Positions 10,720-20,444 of a stretch of DNA of 36,858 nucleotides are shown here, piece by piece. The stretch is from Acanthaster planci (lineage: Eukaryota). A program made the position numbers and the translations under genes. A model generated the notes under the pieces. That model had not been told where the DNA came from. It searched no databases and was given only the letters and a program-made list of their open reading frames with translations. Location: positions 2,899,825 to 2,936,682 of the forward strand of contig NW_019091361.1 in NCBI RefSeq assembly GCF_001949145.1, read 5' to 3'. The number at the start of each line of letters is the position of its first letter. Position 1 is the stretch's first letter.

Positions 10720-13700
10720 GAAGAAACAGGGGTGAACTTGTCTACCTGGAAACGACGGAAGCTGCATCCCGACAGAGCAACTGTCTCGACGCTGCCCGCT
10801 GCTTTAAGAAGGGAGAAGAGTGGCTTTATGTCAGAATTGGTTAGGCCACATTCTTGAAGCTGCAGATCAGAAAGCAAAGGAGCAGGTTCGATCTTGACAG
10901 GTTCCAGGCCGCGTAAATTGTTTCCCTTCAGGAAGACCTTCTTGATGCTGCCTGCTCCTGTAAGAAGGGAGAAAAGGGGCCCAATTTCACTGTATGATAG
11001 ATTGCATTCATACAGGTGTAGTTCACAAAGCGATGGAAGAGGGGTGATCTTGGCAGGCTGCAAACGTTGCAAATCGTTTTCGTTGAGAACCACTACCTGT
11101 ATGTTGCCCGTTGCTGCAAGGAGAGAGAACACCTGTTCAATGTCACTCTTCGTCAAATTGCATTCGTACAGGTACAGTTCTCGGAGAGAAGGCACAGAGG
11201 TGATCTGGTCAGGCTGCAAACCGTGCAAATCGTTGCCCTTTAGGACGAGCGTCTTTATGCTGGCTGCTGCCGCAAGGAGGGAGAAAATTGGCTCGATGTC
11301 AGTTTTTGTCAGACTGCACTCATGAAGCTGCAGCTCGCAAAGCGACGGAATAGGGCTGATCTTCACAGCCTGCAAACCGTGCAGATCGTTATCCTTCAAA
11401 AGAACTGTCTTTATGCTGCCAGCTGATGAAAGAAGGGACAAGAGTGACTCGATGTCTTTGCTTTTCATGCCAGTGTCCGCAAGGGCCAATACAGTCAAGC
11501 TCATAATTGGTCCAGGTGTCACCATCTGTTCAGATAGCAGTTCGAATGAAATGGTGTTCTTGATGACCAAGGTACTTATTTTTGACTCTTTGTAGGATAA
11601 CATGTCAAAAAGTTGCAAGATGTTCCAGTCACCGGTTCGCACATCTAATCTCTTCATGTGCTTTATCATGCCTTGGGAATCATCGACAAAGTTACTCCAA
11701 TGCACGTTGGCAAGGTTAAGGGTCAAAGAGATGTTACACTCTATTTCTTTCACTATGTCTTTTAACAGTTTTAAATGTTCCAAACTGTCGCACTTAGCTT
11801 TGACACTGTTTATGTCCAGAGCTTTACGTTTAGACCCAGTTTGAACAAGGTAGTGCGCAGCCACGAGATCCTCCCCTTGGATCTCGAATGTAAACTTAAT
11901 GTTACCAGTCCCAACTATTTCGTCTACAAGGGAGTCTAATTGAGCTTCGAATAAGAGCAATGTCGAAATTCGGTGTAATGATTCCTTCATTTTGTCTTGC
12001 CCTAAAAGTCCATCAATTTCTCGTATTATTGTCTGGGCAGTGTTCTTGTTCAGTCCACAGCAGAAGCGGAGAAGAAATTCAACACTTTCAACGTCGCCAC
12101 TAAATATGCTTGACAATACATTGTGAAACTCTTTCTTGTCAGATCTTGACAAGCTATCGAGGTAAACTGCAGCGCAGTATTCCTGGAAAGTTTTGTGGAG
12201 GAACGAAAAGAGAGTGACGCTTGTGAGACCATACACAGTTTCTGTTTTCGACAGCAAGCCAATTTTACAACCCTTTTCGAAAATATCACTGTCTTCTCTA
12301 TTGATCTCTGAGGCCATGAAATAAAGTTTTGGTCCATCTGGATCGAGCAAACCCTCAAGAGCAAGCCGACCAAGGGCAAAAATGTCTGTCTTGGTGTCAT
12401 GTGCGTAAGTGTTTGCTTGGCTGTCTGTTTCTTTGCTGTCCACACGCTGGAAAAGATGCTCAATTTTGTGACTGAAGAGTTTCGTTATTTGATGGGGCAA
12501 TTTTCCTTCTTCCGCCCACGTGAAGCACATCAACCAAAGAAACAAGGGGATTTCCGCCAAACTACGGAATGTGTTAGACGCATTGACCGTATCAAGAAAG
12601 CTCTTTTGGCTTTGTTTGGAAAAATCTGTCAAGTACTTTCCTACGTATTTTTCCCTGTCTTTCTCATCGAAGCCTGCCACATGAACTTTTGTGAAGTGTT
12701 CATGCATTGTCAGCAATTCATTTGCTGTCTTTTGTCTACTCGTTACCACAATTTTACACGACTTCAGTGATTTGAACGACAGCATATCGCTCAAGTTAAT
12801 TTCATCCTTGCGCTGTTTTGTGTGTGTCAACCTTTGCAGAGAAATTTCGTCTGCGCCATCAAGAAGGATCAGCACGCTCTTTTGGTTATTCCGAATATAC
12901 TTCTCCAAGTCTTCTTTCTCAAATCTACCTTCTGTAAGAATTTGCGAAAAAATGGCATCCACGACGTCAAAATTCTTACCCATTCGATTAACTTCGATGA
13001 GAAAGACAAGTTTGTAATCCTTCAGACCAAACTTTGTCCCAGGTTGGGATTGGTTAGTTTGTTGCGTCCCATTTGTCTTTATTTCCACCCAATCATACAC
13101 AATCTTTTTAAGCAGCGTGGTTTTGCCGTAACCTGCCTCAGCTGTGGCTAATATCCGATTTGTTTTGAGGGTAAGCATGTCCTCGTATGAATCAAGGGGT
13201 ACGTTTTGGAAGAGAAACCCCGTCTCTTCTTCCACTTTTGACACTGAGCGACCAGGGGTACCTCTTTGCGACTTGCCTTTCAGATGCCCCACTTTCATGG
13301 TGGCAGCCGGGTGTATCTTGAACTCTGATGAGCAGCTAGGAGCTGCCAGGTTGGTTTCTTCAAGAAGCTGTTGGTTTACATAAAGTCTACCAATCTCCAC
13401 GGACGTGCCTCTCTTCGTCGGGTGTGTAGTGACTTTCAGGGTCTGCTGGTAGTGTGCTGTTAGTTCCTCCGCACACTGTTCAACGTCAAAATGTTCCCCT
13501 GCAACGCCTGGGTTAAAAGGAGGTTCTCTGTGGGTCAACAACTGCAAAAATCCTAATTTCTGTCGAAGAACTCGCTTCAATCAAAAAACGTTTCCAATCG
13601 TGTTGGTGTGGTTTACGTTGTAAATTCAAGTCTGATAAATGTTTTTCCAAAATGTGAACTCCTTTAATTAGCTCTTTGTAACCACCCGAATAAAAATTGG

Positions 13701-16498
13701 GTGCAGCATAAATGCAATTATAAAAGGGAATTTACATGTACATGTAGTTTGTGTTGAAAGGTCATGCGAAAAATTGTGGAAAATTGCGGATCTAAGCATA
13801 CTTGCGATCTGTAGGCACATCCTTGATATTAAATAGGAATTAAATAATATCACGCACGAGATTCCCGAATGCATAATAAACATTTCAGAATTGTGTTTTA
13901 GGCACGGTTTCAGATATAAAATTTTGTAGCATTTTGATGCAATATTATACCTGGAACTTTTGATGCCAAATCAGCACGGTGCGTTTTTCTCAAAGCATTT
14001 TTCAAAGTCTGGGGTGCCTCTTCGGGGTTGTCCTGCTTCTTGTACCACTTATCTAGCATCTTCAAGCTCTGCCTGACTATATTCCCCTTATGGCCCTCTT
14101 CGAATTGCTCGACTTGTGTGTTATCAAAGTCTAAGTTGATGGCGAGCGACACCCAGTCTCTTCCGAGTTTCTCTGACAGTTCCAAAAAGTATCCGCTTGC
14201 AAACTGTTCTTCTGAAATGTTGAAAATATCTTTGTGAAGAAATCTACAAGAACAAACTTTTTATATGTGGAACAGCATTTTGAGTTGCAAATAAATTTGA
14301 GCCTTCTCATCAGACACTCGTCTGTTATTATCTTGGACATTAATTTTCTGCAATTCTCTTCTTCGACGTGTCAGTATGAAAACTCGTTGACGTCTCTATA
14401 CGCTGGATGCACAATGGAAAATGCTGATTGAAACGTGCATTTTTCAAACTCCATAAGTATCCCTACTTTCCTGGACAACTGAGGGCCCTGTTGTTGGCTT
14501 CAGGGGAAGACATGGTTCAGTGCAATTTTATTTCTATTCCATTTATAGGCCAAGCATTTACCGGTACTCACTGAAATAATTTTTACTTGGATGCTCGAAC
14601 TTTAGGCCAGGAAAACATAAAAAATGCCGCAACTTTATTTGCACGAGTTGACATCACAGTTTTGATCATGAATATGGAAATACTCACTTGCACGAAAACA
14701 AACCAGGCAGAAAAACCCCTTCCGAAGTCGTGACACAAAACTGGAAATGGATTTAACTGAGAAACAAAGGTGCATTTCAAGGTTTGTGTGAAATGAATTC
14801 TATTGCAGCTTCCCTTAAACAAAGATTAAGAGTTCCATTACAATACTTACTTTCAGGCGCACCACCCAATAGACCACCTGCTCTTATCTCGATGTTCTGG
14901 TCTTGTTGTATGCCTTGATCGGTAAGAGACAGCGAGTCACACAGCTGCAAATTAGCCATTGTCGGTTCTTAATGTTTAATTTTTCCCTTCATGATTTGCA
15001 ATTATTGCCAACAACTTTCAAGTCATCAATGTTATTTGACATGAAATGCAGGTAAGATATCTTTAAATGGGATGCATGTTTTTCGGGGTCTCTTTTAAAA
15101 ACAGACTCCAAAGACAGACAAATAGTAAGAAACGTACTGAGCCTAAGGTAACAACATGTTGTTACATGGTAACAACATGTTGTTACAGAGCCATGTTGCA
15201 ACATGGCTCTGAACACTTGTTTAAATAACATTTACATTTACAGCAACAGCTGTGCTTTCAAAACTTTGTATTTACTAACTCTGATAATGGATGATAACTT
15301 TCTTCGGTGGTCGTAAGTAAAGACTTACCAACAAATTTCTCTGGATGAAAAGATGTTGTGTTTGTGGCTGGATACCACTCTTGTTCTTGATTAACTCCTT
15401 CAAGGATGAAACTGATGTCTTTTGATCTAGTTGGAGGCAAAGTGTCCTTGATAAAAAGGAACCTCGGACAAAAACTTGCAACTTCTCCTTCCTTTCATGA
15501 AGACTGTAATACAAACAACAGAAATGTGATTCAGTAAAGCTTGAAGTTACTTCATGAATTAGGTTTTTATTTAAATTGTCAGGTTAAGCCTGAGTCTGAT
15601 AATTGGAACACGTATGAGGAGTTACAGTACTAGTATAAGTGTCAAGCACAGTGGACTTTATACCTTGAATACGTACTACTAGAAGTGTAGACAGTCGTAC
15701 TGAAAATAATCAAATACTTACATAACGACTCGAACTGAAATTGGAGAGCGATTTTCTTTTGAAAATACAGGGACATTGCATTTTTCGAAACTCTCTGATT
15801 TCTACCAATAGTCAAATTCACGACTAGTTTCCATTTAACCACACCGTTTAATTTGTACTCGATCGTGTTGCATTTTAGCGTATGTCGGAGCTGAGACAAT
15901 CACTGGTGAGCTGAAAATGACCATATTCAAATTCTGATTTGATAATTGGAAACGAAAAGTAAAAGTTTGCACTGATATGCACAGATGATTCATAGTAATA
16001 AATCTATGATTGCGACGAACCACTAGAATATACATGTACATTAATATGGGATCAGTTTTAAGCATAACTTGGTTTAACAAAAACACACTCAGATCTAATC
16101 GAGATGCAACAACAATAAACATTTATATTATCAGAATGCTGGTTGTTAAATATTAACTTGACCTTTACCTGTATCAAACTTGATAACAGGATAAGCAAAA
16201 TTCAATAATGTACTTGCTAATACCTCTCCGTTTCAGCTTTAGTGATCGTTTGATCATGATTCGGGGGTTTGCTCAGTTCACACTGAGGTGTGGATGCTCT
16301 TTTTGGGTGGGGCACAAGTTCTTTGTCGTCGTCTGTGAGTCTTGATGAGGCTTTGATTGGAAAGACAGACAGGAATGCTGCTTTCCGGCCATGTTTAGCT
16401 TTCATCTTCTTGCTGATGAGTTTCGCCCTTGGGTGGTCGCATACCGCACCAGTAGTAATTCTATCTTTATCCCACTGACCAAGGCTGACCTGCTCCAT
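7592..16498 (-). CDS. NLR-like receptor (UBL-DEATH-NACHT-LRR), 5 coding exons, ~2240 aa, with two frameshifts in the LRR region as assembled
   Basis: Phase-compatible GT-AG exons 16498-16224, 15503-15329, 14944-14851, 14211-13951 and 13507-7592. NACHT motifs: Walker A AEAGYGKTT, Walker B VLILLDGADE, sensor-1 KIVVTSR, IPLFL, and FSFLHKTFQEYCAA. Single-base deletions near 10720 and 10311 break the frame (assembly error or pseudogenisation). Confidence 0.88.
7650..11500 (-). repeat. Coding tandem repeat, 156-nt unit (paired 29+23 aa LRRs), ~24-25 diverged copies
   Basis: The motif ccgtgcaratcgtt recurs at 156-nt spacing (e.g. 11221 and 11377). Confidence 0.9.
10720..13507 (-). CDS. NLR terminal exon part 1: NACHT NTPase, helical domains and first LRRs
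   Basis: Acceptor ccttttaacccag|gc in phase 1; ORF 10686..13580 carries all NACHT motifs. Confidence 0.92.
13951..14211 (-). CDS. NLR coding exon 4: DEATH domain
   Basis: Phase 1-1 exon; LSEKLGRDWVSLAINLDF...QSLKMLDKW...TLKNALRKTHRADLA matches the DEATH-fold pattern (LG.DW..LA..L, ML..W, L..AL....R.DLA). Confidence 0.88.
14851..14944 (-). CDS. NLR coding exon 3: C-terminal part of ubiquitin-like domain ending LLGG
   Basis: ctaatttgcag| acceptor (phase 0) and |gtaagt donor (phase 1); encodes LCDSLSLTDQGIQQDQNIEIRAGGLLGGAPE. Confidence 0.8.
15148..15211. repeat. Cluster of three perfect palindromes
   Basis: gtaacaacatgttgttac twice (15148-15165, 15169-15186), then cagagccatgttgcaacatggctctg (15186-15211). 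Confidence 0.9.
15329..15503 (-). CDS. NLR coding exon 2: N-terminal part of ubiquitin-like domain
   Basis: tattacag| acceptor and |gtaagt donor; encodes LQVFVRGSFLSRTLCLQLDQKTSVSSLKELIKNKSGIQPQTQHLFIQRNLL, which aligns by eye to ubiquitin residues 1-50. Confidence 0.8.
16224..16498 (-). CDS. NLR coding exon 1 (basic, low-complexity leader MEQVSLG...TKAETE)
   Basis: ATG in a strong context (aaaacgATGg); upstream acceptor tttttttag ends at 16547; donor GAG|gtatt, phase 2, matches the next exon. Confidence 0.65.
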
Positions 16499-16763
16499 CG
16501 TTTTGGTCGAAAGTTGGAGGTCAGATGGTGAAACTTAACAACGATCCTAAAAAAAATAAATATTAACAAAATCTGATCCCAGACGGAGATAAATAACAAG
16601 TCAAGAATCCGATTTGTAAAAGCTCTATGTGGAACTGTAAAGATGTTTTTTCACGTTACCTGGCCAAAATGCTTGTACATTAAGAAAAGGAGCAATTCAC
16701 ATTGGTACACTCCTATGTTTACCCCTAACCGAAAGGCTCATATCCTGCTCACTGTAACGAGCC

Positions 16764-16920
16764 TTAAGTCCAGTTTATACTTTCAGGCGAATGCGAAAAC
16801 AAAGCGAATTACTTTGACGTAACGAAAAATTTGCTGCGAAATTTCGGTCGAGTTTAATGTGTTCAACTGAGCGCGAATTCGCAGCGCAAATATTTGAGCT
16901 GATGTCAAAATTCGCTTTCG
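16764..16920 (+). mobile_element. MITE-like fragment, same family as 7381-7530
   Basis: ttaagtccagtttatactttcaggcgaatg...; internal inverted repeat aaagcgaatt/aattcgcttt. Confidence 0.65.
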
Positions 16921-17751
16921 CGCTTGCTTTTACGCGCCAAGACAAGAAGGATGAGTCCACACCATCCAGTCAACATTTCCCTATGGTCTCATACATTATA
17001 TTGGATGGGATGGTGAAAGCCATTTTGAGGGTTATTGTTCACATTTTTGAGGGCTCACGAGGGTTGAATTAGGGAATTCGAACAGTTTGACACAAGACGA
17101 CGTCACAATGATCTCATCTTTAAGGTTAGGCCATCTTTATGTGGTCACATATTCATCAAAATAAATAACAATTATTAGGTGATCAGCTTACACCTGTGAT
17201 GCACTCATTAAAAAAATTCTTAAACTACACATCCCTTTTGCCAGTACTGACTGTTTTAAATATTCATTTCTCGTACAGCTTATGAGTGGAATAGTCTACC
17301 TGAACATGACATGTGTCCACATCTTTGAATATGTTTAAAAGCTATATCCTTGAATTTTTGACTCGTTAATTGATTTATTTTTATCTTGCCTTCTACCATA
17401 GTTGTTTGATATTTTTCCTTTTTATAATGCACTCTTTTCATCTTTCTGCAGTTTATCGTCGAATGTGGCATATCTGAACTACTTTTCTTCGTTTTTACTA
17501 GTTGGTTTCCTGTATTCGTTTTTCGTTGTAACTTTTGAATTTAACGCATTTTATCATAACTTTTGTTTCATTTCTTTCTTTTGTTAATTTTATCTCCTTT
17601 TCTGATTTGTTCTGTTAGTAATCTGTTTTGTATATATATTTATATATCATTAGTTTTATCATTTACTCGTTCTGTTTATTTTATCCGGAAAGTGGTTTAA
17701 GATTGGCGGTACGGTCTCTACCACAACACTTGACATTGTCAGAAATACAAC

Positions 17752-17777
17752 AATAATAATAATAATAATAATAATAA
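17752..17777 (+). repeat. (AAT)n microsatellite
   Basis: About 8 AAT units. Confidence 0.9.
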
Positions 17778-19309
17778 CCGTTTACCTCCGTAAATCGCAA
17801 CCCAACAGGGATATGCCCATTAGTTGTTCAAACCCTTAAGCTGGTTGGGTACGTTGCTCATCCCCAGGAACTCGTCATTTCCTTGTTTGACCTGACACAA
17901 ACCGTAGTCGATGACGGCCTCTGGCTGGAGGAGGAATCCAGTTGGTACTGAAATGTCATTCATCTTTTCATTTTAATCCGATGAGAATTTGTACGCTGAA
18001 GCAAGAAGCAGACGTGCATGTTCCATTGTCTTTTGCAAACAAGGCAGTATGCATTATGTTTCGGCCACGTCTGTCGCACGTACACACAGTTAATATTAAC
18101 TTTGACCTTCCAATGGTCACGTGAGGTGCAACCAACATGCCTCTTTTGCATTGTATTTCTTCTACAACCCTGTTTACCCAAACCTTTGGAATATAAAATG
18201 TCTTTTCGTTTCGTGCTCGCTGATCCAAGGAGTTCAACTATGTTAATAGTATTGATGGTTGGGACTTTGCTCTCAAAGTATTTGTGATCATGCATACATA
18301 ATCAAGTGTATAAATAGCACAGTGGACCCGACTGTGGTGTACGGAATAATAAATAAAGTACGGGACGTTTAACCCAGGAAAGGTTTTGAACTGAAACGTT
18401 CAAAATACATAGCAACTTCCGCCACAGTCACGTGATCACATGTCTACCACCCCCCTAATTGTCATTGCCAGTTCTTATCGACATTCACTCGACTCTTGTT
18501 TTGTCATAGGGGCCTATTTACCTTGGACAGTTCCGAGCTGAAGTTTCACAAATGTCCCAAGCACTGCACACCTAGAGATTTCTGAGGGGGTCCATCCATA
18601 TCCCTAGCCGTAGGCCTATATAAATTATGTGAGGTTGTACTGCTACATGTATTTCCAATGGGTGTACAAGAACAAGACAAGCGTGACGGAATCATGATAA
18701 AGGTCTGGGACGACCGCTTAATAATCCTACAATTGGGTCTCTATTTTAAAAAAAGGGGACCGAAAAGGACACACCGTTAGGGAAGCTTTCACACTGATAA
18801 GATGTTGTGATAAACAAACCACATAAATATCGTATAAACTGAAAGGATGTAAAACCCTAGCCTTCCACCGAACGACCGAGAAACTTTACTTTTAACGCCA
18901 TCCCATCAGGGGTATCGCCCGAGGTATATGAGAAAATGAGAGGGTCCTACACCATAAAACGGCAAATAAATAAAAGGAAATCTTATTACAAAGCAGTGCA
19001 TGCCCAAATACGTACAGCACTGGTAATTATGACTACATATCTAACGTAAAATCTGACATGCGCGAGTCGCAGAATCCCAATGATGGGCCTACGGCAAAGT
19101 TCCTATTGCTGAATATTTGTATGTTGACAATGATTTGCACAGTACATGTATTTACATCTCCGTCTCGTAGAAGACAACCAACCTCTTCTTTGGCATGGAA
19201 GATGATTCAGTGAAAGATTTTTTATTAAATCTCCATGGTTAGACGAATTGACTCTAACCCCATCCCCACAGATCTTGCAATTCGCATCGCCGTGAACCGA
19301 GTATCAGGT

Positions 19310-19373
19310 CAACTTGCCCCTTATGAAGCTCCTTATAAACTCGCCCCTTATAAACTCGACCCTTGTGAACTCG
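19310..19373 (+). repeat. Short degenerate tandem repeat (~15-nt aactcgccccttat)
   Basis: 4-5 imperfect copies. Confidence 0.6.
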
Positions 19374-20364
19374 AGACTGGCGACTTAACCCTTCAATCCT
19401 AGCAAAATTTGTTGGTGGTCAAGTTTGTGCTCAGATTGGGTCACGTGTTTTTAAATCCACAATTTAATCTTGTACTTTTTGTATCTTGTGTTTTACTTCT
19501 TATTTCTCCATTGAAGTACAGGGAATAATGTTATGTTCGGGACACACCGAACAAGACAACTGCCCGAAATCGGCCGTACATGAGTAATTGTTCCACGAAC
19601 CTCATTTCAATGTCACTTTTACAATTGAGTCAATACTTTTCCAAATGAAGCTTTGAATTCATATGTTTTGTACGAAATTGTCAAAGTTTTTTCAAATCTT
19701 TTTTTGTTGTTGTCCATTGCACAATGTCTGGGACGGCCCGGGTTGACAGGCAAACTGACTCGCCCAAAATTCTACGTCACACACCAACGCCGCGGCGGTT
19801 TACAGCGGCGCTGCAACATGAACAGCGTGCCAGACAATAACGTCCGCAGAAGAATGTTCCTGCAGGCAGCTTCAAGCACGTGCAAGCGCACGTGCGAACG
19901 CTGCATGCTTGAGTAGTTAGTCTGGAACCATTACTATCACAACACATCCCGGTCCAGCATGATTGTGACATTGCAGAAAAAAAGTCTATAGTGACTCTCG
20001 CCCTAGGGACAAGCAGCGGTATTTTATGATGTCGTTTGCTTATAGGCATTTGCGCTAATATTGACTCCCCTTCGGCGCCACCATGCATTAATCTCGGGAA
20101 TTCAACAAACATTGGTGTACTTTACTTGCCTTTTTTGGACATATTACATGATTGCTACTCAATAACATCCACCAACATGGAGGTGTCACAATCTGCCAGT
20201 CGACTAGGCCCAGCCTCCATACACACCATGATACACACACTGCACAACTAATCTCCACCTTAAGTCTGGCCATTTGGCATTAGTTAGACATTCAGAACCA
20301 GTGGAGCGATGAGAGGGGAAAAGCTCTCATCTGAAAGTTGACTAAGCCGTTTATGTGATGAACA

Positions 20365-20444
20365 ATGGAGGTTTTAGGATTTGACCTGTCTCCAGCCATG
20401 CTGACACTGGTTACGATGGTTGGAATGTTGTTCGTGTCTCTGGG
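20365..20444 (+). CDS. CYP exon 1 (signal anchor [27 protein letters not shown])
   Basis: acaATGg start, hydrophobic anchor, |gtaaga donor in phase 2. Confidence 0.8.

Noticed and set aside
7800..13383. Numerous plus-strand ORFs (e.g. 9315..10136, 273 aa) with a repeated ARREKSG motif
   Set aside because: Antisense shadows of the LRR/NACHT coding strand; their periodicity mirrors the 156-nt repeat
14212..14243. Alternative upstream acceptor (ttcttgtag|) for the DEATH exon
   Set aside because: It needs phase 2, whereas the UBL exon ends in phase 1; the acceptor before 14211 keeps the frame
17960..18295. 111-aa Cys-containing ORF as a zinc-finger gene
   Set aside because: No recognisable motif spacing or splice context; several overlapping ORFs of chance length
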